DNA of 64,000 bases from Podarcis filfolensis (Eukaryota): NCBI GenBank assembly GCA_964270895.1, contig OZ185444.1. The stretch is one strand, 5' to 3'. The position numbers and the translations under genes are program-made. The notes below the pieces were generated by a model. The model ran no database searches, had not been told where the DNA came from, and worked only from the letters and a program-made list of their open reading frames with translations. Positions 1 through 12,052 of this stretch are shown piece by piece (within the stretch, counting starts at the first letter, position 1; each line of letters starts with the position of its first letter).

Positions 1-163
1 TTCATCATCTAAGGCCCTTCTTCGTGTGTCTCCTCCACACAAGGTCCAGATGGTGGCAACATGGAAACAGGCCTTTTCTGTAGTGGCTCCCCATTAGTGG
101 CATGCTCTCCACAGGGAGGTTCGCCTGGTGCCTTCATTATATATTTTAAGGCACCAGGCGAAA
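1..163 (+). mobile_element. L2-clade LINE 3' fragment (degenerate)
   Basis: Contains the aggccttttctgtagtggctcccc...tggcatgctctcc motif corresponding to the RAFSVVAP.LWN.LP end of L2 ORF2 seen in other copies in this window. Confidence 0.55.
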
Positions 164-264
164 ATTGTATACGAGGAGAAATTCACTGAAAAATACTGGC
201 AATTTTTCATGAGGACTTTAAAAAACACCAAGTGATGTGGAAATGTGGAGAGCAGAACTTAATA

Positions 265-490
265 CAGTGGTACCTCGGGTTAAGTACCTAATTCGTTCCG
301 GAGGTCTGTACTTAACCTGAAACTGTTCTTAACCTGAAGCACCACTTTAGCTAATGGGGCCTCCTGCTGCCGCTGCGCCGCTGGAGCATGATTTCTGTTC
401 TCATCCTGCAGCAAATTTCTTAACCTGAGGTACTATTTCTGGGTTAGCGGAGTCTGTAACCTGAAGCGTATGTAACCCAAGGTACCACTG
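265..490. mobile_element. Tc1/mariner (Tigger-like) MITE
   Basis: TIRs CAGTGGTACCTCGGGTTA / TAACCCAAGGTACCACTG flanked by TA on both sides. Same family at 12866 and 34825 in the opposite orientation. Confidence 0.85.
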
Positions 491-759
491 TATCTGAAAA
501 AAATGAGAAGCTGAGGAAATCTGAAATTGGCAGAATCCCCTATCCCTAATTGTTGGCACTGGGCCCTTGTTTACAGATGTAGCTGTTGTGATCCTTTGTT
601 CGTGTATGTGACTAAAATTGCAGTGTTCACCTGTGTAGACTGTTTGTTCAAGCTGTTTCCAGCTCAGATGAGCTTTGGCAAAATGCATCTCTGCCAGCTG
701 TTGTGAAAAAGTGCTGACTTTTGGCTACAGACTGAGCAAAAAGGGTTGATACTCACTGG

Positions 760-1083
760 TTGTGCAAAAGCTTACAAACTGATTGGGTGCTTCCTGCATC
801 TGAAGTTTCTGAGGAACTGAATAGTATCCTCTTACTTTCCTTCTGCACTGACTGAAGCCCCTTGAAAAAGATGTCATTCCTGATGGAGAGTTCCTCTCTG
901 ATTCCCCCCTCCCCGCTTCCTGCCTTTCCATCGGTCTTGGTGGGAGAGACTGCCCCTTGAGTGACCTGCTTTTAATAAGCTTCCCAGTCAGATCACATGA
1001 GGGAACTGTGCTCTGCTCTCTCCCCCCCTCCTTCCCTTTCTTTTCTCTCGCTCACTCAGTCACTCACAGTCTGCTCTCTCTAT
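760..1083 (+). promoter_or_regulatory. Putative PTN proximal promoter
   Basis: Non-repetitive sequence directly upstream of exon 1 with an inverted CCAAT (ATTGG 782-786), pyrimidine tracts (900-930, 1010-1080) and an AT-rich TTTTAATAAG near 970. Positional inference only. Confidence 0.45.
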
Positions 1084-1361
1084 AGTCAAAGCAAGGATCA
1101 GGTTCCCTGCCTTGAGTAGAGAAATTCTGGGGGGGAAATTGAAAGAGGAAGAGGGTAAACTGAGAAGAAGAGGAGGAGGAGCAGAGGGACATTGGAAAGG
1201 GGGCAAAGGAAGAAAAGGAGTCAATAATTTCGAGAAGGGGAGAAAAAGAGAGAGAAGCGGAAAAGTGCTGCATTTGCCGAGTGAAGGTGTAGCGAAAGCT
1301 CAGAAGTCCTCACGGGGGATTGAAGACTGTTTAACAGAGACGGGAGATTTTGCAACTCAAA
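1040..1361 (+). other. PTN: PTN non-coding exon 1 (5' UTR); start approximate
   Basis: Strong donor CAACTCAAA|GTAAGT at 1361/1362. Splicing to 61754 gives CAACTCAAAAATGCAG, the junction I recall from human PTN mRNA. The block AGTCAAAGCAAGGATCAGGTTCCCTGCC (1084-1111) resembles the human PTN 5' UTR as recalled. No ATG in the exon. TSS not determinable from sequence. Confidence 0.8.
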
Positions 1362-2994
1362 GTAAGTACAAGTGGATTTGGTTTGCAAACGCTACTGTTT
1401 GATCTCTCTTCCCCCCTCTTTTCAGTGTAAAAGGGGATGGATGCTCAGCAACAGAAATCCTTAACTTTCAATGTTTCCATGGATTGAAGAAAGTTGATGG
1501 GGGACCTCAGAGTGGCTTCTGGATGTGTGTTTTGTGTTTTCCAACAGAGTGAGGGTGCTGTTCCTTCTGTGTAACAATAGCAGTGTTTGGTATTCGCCAG
1601 TAGAAGTTCACACTGAGTGCCACATAATAGGAGCACCATTCATGAATTTCTTGGGTCCTAGATGGGTGGCATGATGATGCACTGACCAGGGGAACCAGTT
1701 TGGGTCAACTCTGAGCAAATTACGAGGGGCAAAATGTGTGGGGACTTTTCCTGGGCTTTTCTCTCGGGTATCTTCTACATTGGCAGGCTGTAAGAGAAGT
1801 GTTAGAAGTGGAACGAGGGCCCTTGGATTCCTCCTGTTGTTTGAGCCCTGCTGGTGTATTGAGATGGGATGAAGGAGAGCTGAGTGACGTGCAGAAGAAC
1901 CTGTTCTTCCACATCTTTTCCCACGGAGAGTGTGCGCTCTTGTACCCAGCCATAAGCAGAGGGGTGGAGCTTTCCATATACTCTCATCGGTACCAGCTAG
2001 TGTTGGTCACTTTTCCTTCCGCTCCATTGGATGAAATGACATTTAGAGGCTGACGGGGACAAGACTGCAGATGGTTGGATGCCAAGTGAGGTTTTCTAGC
2101 ATTAAAAAGCAGCAAAAAGCTGCTTCTGCAACTCTATTTTCAAGAATCTAATTTAGTGGGAGTTTTACAAGGATGTTTATACAATGCAACTGTCATGAAT
2201 GGGATGTTTTTAAAAGCTGCTTTTTTTGCATCCCACATCCGCTTCCCAAGCTTGAAAGAACTCAGGGCAGTGTGCATATGTGCGTGATTGCTTTTTTGTG
2301 TTTAAATTTTATATCTTAACTTTATTCTATGGAAGCTAAGGTGGCACCATAAAGAAGTCTAGACAGTGTCCCAGTGGCACTGACCAGACCCAGGCTTGCT
2401 GAGGTGCAACATGGTTGCCATCTTACTAAACTGTACCTTCAAACTATTCACTGGTGGTTTGATTGTTCAATTGCAACACAGGGAACCCAATTTCACCTGT
2501 AGTGTTAGCAAAGCAGCAAGAGACTGGGCATCTGACGTACTTCCTTTTCACCTGCTATAAGAAATGGAAATCTAATACTGTATTGTTCCATAGAAAGTGT
2601 GAGGAAAGGATGAGAAGAAGGTTCAAGGAATGGAGGGGCAGCAATCACACAGTCTTCCATGACCTCATTGACGTTGGGCTTTTTGGGTTTCCAGTCTTCC
2701 ATATGTGGTGCTGTCCCATTTTATTCTCCCCACTAGCTTGTGAAGAGAACTAGGCTGAAAGATGATGGCTTAACTAAGGCCACCCAGTCAGGATAAGAAC
2801 CCAGGACTCAGCTGAACCCTTTGTGCCAAGGATGGGGAGCCCTTGGCTCTTCAGAACTTGCTTGAATTCAACTCCTATCAGCCTCAGTCAGACCAATGGT
2901 TGAGGATGATCATAAGAGTCCAACAACCTCTCATGGGGTTGGGGTGGCACAGGCTCCCCATTCTTGTTGTGTGTGGTACATAGAGATTTAAACA

Positions 2995-3115
2995 ACTTGA
3001 GAAAAGGCCTGCTGGATCAGGCCCAACACCCACCTGGCCCAGCACTCTGTTCTTACAGTGACCTACCAGATGCCTATGGAAAGCCCACCCACAAGCAAAA
3101 CCTGAGTGCAACAGG
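2995..3115 (-). mobile_element. CR1 LINE 3' remnant
   Basis: aaggcctgctggatcaggcc...agcactctgttcttacagtg...aagcccacc motif shared with the CR1 remnants at 5760 and 48110. Confidence 0.55.
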
Positions 3116-3792
3116 ATATCATCTGTTGTGGCAAGTGGTTCAATGCGGTTCATAATGATGGTGAAGTTAAAGGATTTTAAGCAGGCCATATAATCATGAT
3201 TTTGTGATCATATATGATCATACAATCATGATAAAGTCAGCTCAAGTAGATGTCACCCTATGGCAAAACTAGTTGTGTGGTTATATTTAAATGTTTCCTT
3301 AACTGCATTTTAGAATAATGGTAGGTGTTCTAAAGTTTCATTGCCAGGCAAAATCAGTCAAATGACCATTCACCCTGTGGTGCTGATGCTAATTAAAGAG
3401 AACTCTTCCACTGGGAGATCAGCTATCTGAACTGTGAATAATAAATGATGATGCAACAGTAGACCAAGATGGGTTGGAATTAGATCTGGCTGCCCTAGAT
3501 ACCCCAACCTGCCCTTGCCAAACCCTAATCTTAAAATCAGTTTTTAAAGACTACCTGGGCAACATTCCTGCCACCACTCTTGGTTTCTGGGCTGCAGTAG
3601 CTTTTATTAAAATTAAATATCTAAATCCAGTTTTCCTTAAAAAAATACTGACCCACTAGTCTTCACTTATATTAAAATCTGGCCTGGTGTTTTAAAATTG
3701 TATTCAATGGGATCTGAGAATTTGGATTTAACTACAGTTTAAAGGTAAGGCATCTGCCCCTTCTCCACTTCTTTTCCATCTCTCACCATACA

Positions 3793-3966
3793 CAGTGGCG
3801 TAGCGTGGGTTGTCAGCACCCGGGGCAAGGCAAGTAATTTGCGCCCCCTGTAGTGAGAGAGAGTGAGTGAGCCAGGTAGGGGCAGAGAGCTGTGAGTGCG
3901 AGCGCCCCCCCCGATGTTGCGCCCGGTGCGGCCAGCCCCCCCTGCACCCCCCACGCTACGCCACTG
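3793..3966. mobile_element. hAT MITE
   Basis: Perfect TIRs CAGTGGCGTAGCGTGGG / CCCACGCTACGCCACTG and perfect 8-bp TSD ACCATACA (3785-3792, 3967-3974). Confidence 0.9.
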
Positions 3967-4344
3967 ACCATACATCAGCCTTTGTCCATCTGATGCCATC
4001 CAAAAATTTGGACTATAATTCCTACCAACCCTAGACAACATGGATGGGAGTTGCAGTTTAAAACATTTCAAGGGCACCTTGCTATGCACATGGACAGCTC
4101 TTTCACAGTGACACTAACTGCAGCCCATTTTGGCTTTGGCCAATGCACATGAAAGTGTACAGAGGCTGTTCGAGTGAACCCTACTGTGGCCACAGTTAAC
4201 ACAAGGTATGATATGACAACATTGACACCAGTGATAATCAATGACATAGAGTGTCAAATTCTGAACTGATCTTATGTTACACTTCTGCTTTAGTTAAATG
4301 TTACTGGGACCCAGGGGCAAGACACTTGGATTGTTGTTGGCCAA

Positions 4345-4480
4345 CAGGGGGAGCCAATGTGGTGGCTCCAGATGTTGTTGGACTAGAATTCCCATCAGCC
4401 CCAGCCAGCGTAGGAATGATGGGAGTTGTAGTCAGGAATGATGGGAGTTGTAGTGCAATAACATCTGGATGGCACCATGT
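4345..4480. mobile_element. Degenerate palindromic hAT-type MITE (ggactacaactcccatcatccc family)
   Basis: Decayed version of the intact copies at 19328 and 44324. Further decayed copies near 15300, 31020, 33000, 45940, 50500, 58380 and 59870. Confidence 0.45.
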
Positions 4481-5759
4481 CAACTGCTTCTGGGTTAAAA
4501 CAATGGTGATAAAAAGGTGAGAGCTGAGGCTGGTTCATTGGGCAGTGCAAATCTCACTTTGTCACTCTGCTATGCTAGAGTCTGCTCTCTATATTCCTAT
4601 GGCATTATATCCCCCCCCCCCACTCAGTTGTCTCTCCCTTCACCACATTACACTTTTCAGGGTAATGTAAGTGAAAAAGAAGGTTACCCAAATTTAGACA
4701 GGAAGTAGGGTAACAAAGGGAAGGGAGGGAGAGATGATATTAGCCAGGGATGAAGGGCAGAAAATTGAATTACAAATATTCAGGGGGAAATGCTGGAGGC
4801 TGGAAGAATGGGAGAGATATGTTGGTGGGACGAGAGTTACTCTGTTGGAGGTGCCTTGGCTCCACTGACATAGATATTGCAAAAGTGCTGTTGGGCTTGT
4901 GGGCCAGGGGTATGTCTCACATCTCCAGCTCTTTTGCTTCCCCAAACTATAGTGGTCAGACTGTATGCTAACCCTGTGGCTGGCATAGTTAGTTGCCTTC
5001 GACTGCGTTTAATGGGGGCGGTGGGGGGGGAGAGAAAATGCTGCCTCTCACCTCCTGCTCTGAGCATTACAAAACAGCAGCTCAATAGATTTGGCAGTAG
5101 ATATATCAGTAGATCTCCTCCACCCTTGGCATAAAGGAAAATTAGTTTTGCTCTGCTTGGCTGCAATCCTATACCCAATTAGCTGAAGTAAGTCCCATTG
5201 TGCTCAGTGGGGTTCACCTCTGTGCAGGGTTGCAAGAATTCATTGTTTTTTTGTTCCACACTGTTTTCATCACATGCAGGCCTGCTTCCGTTCTGTTGCA
5301 GTTTGTCTACGTTATTTGTCTTGCTGTCCACTGTGGCAAAAATTACGTTGTCATGATGTAGTTCCATCCCATATCCATTTCAACTCAAAAGAAACACAAT
5401 GCAAATGCAGAAAAACATAATCAATTGCATATCATTTGTGCACTGAAAGCAACAACAACATCCAATACTGATTGTATTCACTGGATGGAGTTCTGTTCTA
5501 GACATGGGACAATAAGCAAACAATGGCAATTTCTGCTCCTGTTTCCATTTTCATCAAAGTTCTCTGACATCCCGATCTCTGAGGAGGCATGCATAGGATT
5601 GTACTGTTAAGCTTTGGTTCAGCTGAGAATGAGGACTGAAGAATTAGGCCAAAGGTGTAATGGAAATAGTGATTTTTGAAAAATGTACCATCGATATGTT
5701 GCTGTGGGAAAGATAAAAGCCTGAACACACCTATTCTTGCTGGCTTGCTTGTTTTATTT

Positions 5760-6640
5760 TAAGAATACAAGAAGAGCCTGCTGAATCAAGTCAGTGGCGC
5801 ACTTAGCCCAGAATCCTGTTCTCACAGTGATAAGCCAGCTGTCTATTGAAAGCCCACAAGCAGGACCTGAGTGCAAAAACTCTCTCCCCTTCTATAGTGT
5901 TCAGCAACCAGTATTCAGAAGAATACTAACTCCAGCCCTGGAATGAGAATTTAGCTATTGTGGCTCAGAGCTTTTGATAGCCTACTCTTCCATGAATGTT
6001 TGTAAACCTCTTTTAAAATCATCCAAGTTGGTGGCCATCACTGTGGGAGCAAAGGCCGTAGTTTAACTATGTGCTAGGCGAAGAAGTTCTTTGTTTTCTC
6101 TGTCCTGAATTGTCCAATGTTCAGCTTCATGGATGTCCGCAGGTTCTGGTGCTAGAGAAGGACAAAAACTTCCTTCTGTCCATTTTCTCCCCAGTTTGCA
6201 TATATGTATGCACTTCTATCAGGACATGGGTGGCGCTGTGGGTTAAACCACAGAGCCTAGGACTTGCCGATCAGAAGGTCGGCGGTTCGAATCCCTGCAA
6301 CGGGGTGAGCTCCCATTGCTCAGTCCCTGCTCCTGCCAACCTAGCAGTTCGAAAGCATGTCAAAGTGTAAGTAGATAAATGGGTACCGCTCCAGCGGGAA
6401 GGTAAACGGCGCTTCCGTGTGCTGCTCTGGTTTGCCAGAAGTGGCTTAGTCATGCTGGCCACATGACCCGGAAGCTGTACGCCAGCTCCCTCGGCCAATA
6501 AAGCAAGATGAGGACCGCAACCCCAGAATTGGCCACGACTAGACCTAATGGTCAGGGGTCCCCTTTACCCTTTATGCATTTCTATCATATCGCCTATTAG
6601 ATGCTTTTTCTCTAAACTTACAAGCCCCAAATGCTGCAAC
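5760..6640 (-). mobile_element. CR1 LINE 3' fragment interrupted by a Sauria SINE
   Basis: Begins with the antisense CR1 3' end (aagaagagcctgctgaatcaag...aatcctgttctcacagtg). CR1-like sequence continues on both sides of the SINE at 6222-6572. Confidence 0.65.
6222..6572 (+). mobile_element. Sauria (Squam1-type) SINE, full length
   Basis: tRNA-like head ggtggcgctgtgggtt...ggttcgaatccc, ~350 bp body, ACCTTT-like tail, 15-bp TSD TATGCAC/TTTCTATCA (6207-6221, 6573-6587; 1 mismatch). Confidence 0.95.
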
Positions 6641-6710
6641 CCTTGATGGTTTTGGTTGCCATTTACATTAACCTTTTCAGAATCAGTGCCTGTGAAGAGG
6701 TCTGGGGAAG

Positions 6711-6713
<3 letters not shown>

Positions 6714-6750
<37 letters not shown>
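6714..6750. repeat. (CA)n microsatellite
   Basis: Direct reading. Confidence 0.95.
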
Positions 6751-6752
<2 letters not shown>

Positions 6753-8490
6753 GGTGGGGAGGTAGAAACAGATTTTCCTCTCACAATGAAAATCTGAACT
6801 CCGCAAAAATTCAGCGGTGCCCTAATTCCACTATCAACCCACTGCTGCCATGTAAGAAATCTGTTATGTCTGGAGCTTCAATCCCAGAATAATAGGCAGG
6901 TAGGATTTTAGATTGAATCAGCCTATCAGGTATGACCTGGGGTGTGAACAAAGGATATATAGCCTAGGGTCTGGGAGGGGCCAGACACACACAAGCACTG
7001 ACTGACACACCCAGTGACTGACTGTTTCTATTACAAACTGAAATAAAATCCATGAAACTGAGGATTCTCAAAGTATATTTCAAAATCCATCTAGACACTT
7101 CGTTAGATTCAATTTAGGGAATGTTGAAAGAAGTGCTGGTGTGGAAAGAAGACCCCTGGACAATGAAGCACACAGCAAACTTTAAAAATAAATAAATCTC
7201 AAAACAAGAAGGCTTGCATCTTCAATATGTGCAAAAAATAAGGGGAGTTAGCACAGGGTTAGCCAATGCAGTACCCTATAGATGTTGCTAGATCACAACT
7301 GTTACCATTCCCGAGCATGCTGGCTGCATCTGATGGAGTCCAACATTTGAAGAGCGCCATATTGGCTGCCTCTGAATTTAGCACACAGGAAGGCTTTCTT
7401 CCCACCTTAGCTTCCATAAAACTCAGAGGAGCTGATTTCTCCGCTTGAGGTGTCCGGAGGTGGTGGAAGGAAATGCCCTCTCTCCCTACTTTCATCTGTG
7501 GCTGACCCTACAAGCTGTTTTCTTTCTCTGCCAGACACACGAGAAGCGAAGAAGATTCAGCGGACCCCCTGGGGAATTACCCCTGAAGGCTAATAGGATA
7601 ATGGAACAAGTTCCATGATCTCAGCTAAGTGTGGATTTGATGAAACAGCAGAGAGCTCCATTTAGCTATTTGGTAATAACATCACTCTGAAATTATGGTG
7701 GATCAATATGGATAAATATTAAAAAGCTTTGAGGAAGCGAAGGGAAATGGAGAGGAAAGTATTGAGTTTCTGTCTGGACTTTTCTACGGACAGAGGATGC
7801 ACTCAAGGAAGACAAGCAACGATGGAGTTAGGGACTGTCCTCAGTGCAATGGCAACTGATTAGGGTCAAACACTGCCCTTTAATAGGAAGATTAATCCTG
7901 AGATTTCCTTTCCTTGAAAAAACATGTCACCCCAATGAGAATTACATTGATTAAATTACTAACAGGTGATTATTAATTTTTTGCATTTATTTTGTTGAGT
8001 ATCTACAGTTACATTTTAAGGTCAAATTTGTGAGGGTAGCTAAGAGTGAGGAAAAATTCTTTTTTCTGCAGAAAACATCATGATCTTCTAAAATTATTAG
8101 CTCCATGTGAACCAATGTTGACCTTCATACTCCTCAACAAATATTATTCCAAAGGCACTAAGGTATATCATACTCGGCATTAAGTAATGTGCAGTATCAT
8201 AGAATTGTAGAGTTGGAAGGGTCATCTAGTCCAACACTCTGCAAAGCATACGGTCCCCATCCAGTTTGAAACTATACTAGACCCTGCTTAGCTTTGCAGA
8301 TGTGCTGGAAGTTTTATTGCTGCACCAAGATAAAGAACCTTCCCTTTCCAGACCCATTAACATACTAGACATTTGAACAGAAAAAGATGTAAAATGTTGT
8401 ACATAAGATCCTTCTCAGACACTGTGAGACTTTCCAGACATTACAAGCAAAGAGGATTGCTTAAGGGATTTAGCCTATGTGGATTCTGAT

Positions 8491-9484
8491 TAAGGATGGA
8501 GGGAATTTAATTCAGTTTCCAAGTAACAATGAATTTACCTAATCCATACTCAGGGGCAAATGAAGGCATCGAGACACCCAGGGCGGGCATCATGATGTAG
8601 GGTGCATGTGCGGCATCGCTACGTATGACGCATGCACCGTACGTAGTGAAGCCACACATGCGCTGTGTAGTGGCTTACCGCTGGCACCGCTCCAGCACCG
8701 TACAGATGGTGCCGGGATCCTCCGTCACTGCTATAGCTGTGTTCATGGCTGCAGTGGTGATGGAGGGATCCCAGTACCGTCAGTACGGCGCTGGAGCAGC
8801 GCCGGAGACAAACTGCTACACAGTGCAAGTGTGGTGTCACTACATACAGCGCATGCATGCAACGCTGAACATGCGCTGTACTTAGCGGATTGCTGCTGGT
8901 GCCGGGTTCCTCTGCTCACAGCTATAGCCACGAACGGAGAATCCTCCAAAGGCGGCTGCTGCGGTGCGATGGCTGCTTGTGCTGCCGTGAGCCCCCGCGG
9001 GGTGATTTCTTATCTCCCCCGCAAACATGGAACCCAGGGCGTACCGCCCCCCGTTGCGACACCACTGTCCATACCTTCCAAAGTACAAGAACTGAAACAG
9101 AGCCATCCTGCAAAATTTGCGCTTCTCTGAATTTTGCCTTGAAGTTCCTCAGCCAAGTAATCGACTGGAGCAGATTATGTACCAGAAAACTTACATTACT
9201 GAAAATAACAATTGAAAATGCATTATATTAGGGGAAATCGCTTCCAAAATTGCATATAATGGGCAAAACTGCATGAAATTGCTTGCAACAAATATATATA
9301 GTAAGCAAAATAGTATATAAAATTATGTAGATTGGGAGAAATGTGTCCTAAAATGCTGAATAATTTTGTGAGGATTTTTTTAAAAATTGCAAACTGATGT
9401 GCAAATGTGAATAACTGAACCTAAGATGAGGTGGGCATGGGGGGAACTGACGGAAAACAAAATTGACAGGTTTGCCCATCCTTA
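8491..9484. mobile_element. Non-autonomous hAT element (Ac-like TIR), host of a nested element
   Basis: TIRs TAAGGATGG / CCATCCTTA and perfect 8-bp TSD ATTCTGAT (8483-8490, 9485-9492). The AT-rich body recurs at about 165-260, 20765, 28590 and 53705. Confidence 0.85.
8551..9067. mobile_element. GC/CpG-rich hAT-like element nested in the 8491-9484 element
   Basis: Flanked by TCCATACT / TCCATACC (7/8). Ends CAGGGG.../...ACCACTG. Sharp GC shift relative to the host element; large internal inverted repeat. Confidence 0.75.
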
Positions 9485-11801
9485 ATTCTGATGCAAACTA
9501 ACCCAATCTACACCTCTGGGGCTTGTGCAGATCAGACCTTAGTTGTTCGCCATATTTCGCACTTCTACAATGTGCCAATAAAGTGATCAGCATTTCTTTT
9601 TAAGTATGAGATGTATTTTTAAAAGAGCATTTTAAAAGAAAATGCAGCTAGAAATGTGTGTTTCTAACAGGATAGAGTGGACTTGCGGGAGAACAAACAC
9701 AGATGATTTGTCCTGCCTGGCAGACAAGTGCCGTCAGCCAAATGGGGAAGCGGTATCACAAGTGACTTGATTGTATTGTCCAAAGCTGCTCTGAGCTTAT
9801 GAAGATTGTTGAGCTTATTAGAGATAAGTTTGTGTAATGAAGCTGAAAACTCCAGCTGTTTATGTGTTTTGTGTGTAAACCCACCATTGTTTAGGATCAT
9901 AGGTCTTTGCAGACATCTACTGTGTGTATCACGACCACACAGCTGGGGTGGGGTGTGTTGCAGTGACCAGCCTGGACCTTGACTTATCCTGCAGGACTCT
10001 CAGTCACAGGAAAAATCTGCCCAGGGACCTGCCATTATGACCCCGCTGTCCCTTCTATGTTCAGTGGAATGAACATTACAGAAGTAGAATGGAAATGGCC
10101 GACAAGTTATTCCAACCTCAGTGTGTTAATAAAAGATGGCTGTTCACTCCCCCCCCCCCCCTACAAAACCCTGAAGAAGGAAGTCTGTCATTTTTCTGGA
10201 GAAACTGTGGATTTCTTTCCTCATTGGTTTTCAATAAAACTGTATCTACACTTAAATGTAAAGAACATAGGACTTCATAGGACTGTCCAGTTTCAGAAAA
10301 TAAGATTGGTATGATACAAATGAATGCTCCACAACATCCAAATTCTCCTTCAATGGGAATATCAGGGAGAAGTGTACTATCCTACTGTTCTCAATGTTCC
10401 AGACTTCTGTGGAAAGATATGTTTTTATGTGAGGAAGCATTCAAACTGTGGTCCTGCCCTTCGTTCCAAAATGGTATCACCCAAGCATAATTCATCTGAA
10501 TAGTCTAAAATGCCTTGGTTCCAATGGTCAAATACACTTGCCCTTCCAAAGCATATTTTCCAAAACGTGAATCTGCTTCTCTGCTTAAACCAAAGGAGAG
10601 AAAGAACCATATCTTTCTAGTAAGGTTATAATTATTTCCCCTAAAGGTAGGCAAGTATTTTCTGCTGGAGAATATAGCTTCAATTAATGGATTGGCAATA
10701 TGTTGTTAGCAGAAATACATGTTGCATGCATGGGATTCATTTTGTGACTTTTTATCTCCAAGAAAAGCATACAGCAATCAATATGTGATGTGGTATGAAA
10801 CCAGGACACTGTAACTAACCTAACATGCTCATGCACATAATTCCTCGTGGGATTCAGGTGCCTTGCTAGTGCTTGACCCATATCTTTTGTGTAATTGCCT
10901 GGGATTTTATCTTCCTTGTCCACAGGGAACTAGTAGCCCTCATGATCATTCAGTTTCCTGATTTTCTCTCAGCCACTCTCCAGCTTGAGCACGGTGTGTC
11001 TTTCTCTTTCCATCACCCAGCCACCTTGGTTTTATCTGATCTTCCACTGTGCTCTTAAGCTCCATTGTTGACCTCAATTTTTGATGGCATGGTGTCCCTC
11101 TGCATTGGCCTTTTACCTATTTCACAAATGTATATGCCACCTTTCAGTAACAATTTCTGGGGCAGTTCTCCATGAAACAATAAAATCAAACACCTATAAA
11201 AATAAAACAAAACAGCAACATCAAATAATAATAATCTGATGTTTAAAACCAAAAACATCCCTAGATATTACTAGCGGATATATCAATACACTTCAGCTGA
11301 GGGCATCAGTAAAACAGTTTATGATAGGGTTGTGCAGCCCATCTGCCCCAGCAAGGATGGTCAATGGTGAGGGAGGGTGAAAGTTGTCCAACAACATCTG
11401 GAAGTCCAGACATAGTTAATGGCACAAAGAAATGCCATGCATTTGGTGTAGTGCAATCACACCTTTTGTACATGTAACTTTTGAAGTATGCAAAATAGAT
11501 CTTTTTTGCATGCTGGCTTCATTTTGTATTTCAGAGCAGGATCAGCACAAAGAGGTTCCAAATATATACAACAGATGAATATCTCCAGTGGATTTCTTGG
11601 GTGGGTAGGTGGGAACTAATTCAAAAGTGGTTTTGGAGGATGTGTTATCAATACTGGCTTTTGAAAGTGGTGTATCTCTCAGCTGGAGTTGTGACACCCC
11701 TAGGCGTTGGGCCTAAAGGACAAGGTTGATACAAATATCTCAGGTAGTTTGGCTTCTTCCATGCTCTTTGTTTGAGCCAGAGCATAAGGAAAGGGCTAGA
11801 T

Positions 11802-12052
11802 CATGGGTAGGCAAACTAAGGCCCGGGACCCGGATCCGGCCCAATCACCTTCTAAATCCAGCCAGTGGACGGTCCAGGAATCAGTGTGTTTTTACATGAG
11901 TAGAATGTGTGCTTTTATTTAAAATGCATCTCTGGGTTATTTGTGGGGCATAGGAATTCATTCATTCCCCCCCTCCAAAATATACTCCGGCCCCCCAAAA
12001 GGTCTGAAGGACAGTGGACTGGCACCCTGCTGAAAAAGTTTGCTGACCCCTG
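11802..12052. mobile_element. hAT (Charlie-like) MITE
   Basis: Ends CATGGGTAGGCAAACT / AGTTTGCTGACCCCTG; TSD GGCTAGAT / GGCTAGAC (7/8). Confidence 0.85.

Noticed and set aside
1112-1402. 96-aa Lys/Glu/Gly-rich ORF as a protein-coding gene
   Set aside because: TTG start, runs across the exon 1 donor, and its composition simply reflects the GA-rich PTN 5' UTR.
6222-6300. tRNA gene (A and B boxes)
   Set aside because: These are SINE heads continuing into the SINE body; the same applies to the other four copies.
8606-9130. 174-aa ORF and five overlapping ORFs
   Set aside because: Inside a GC-rich transposon with an inverted repeat; stop scarcity and mirrored peptides are explained by the repeat.
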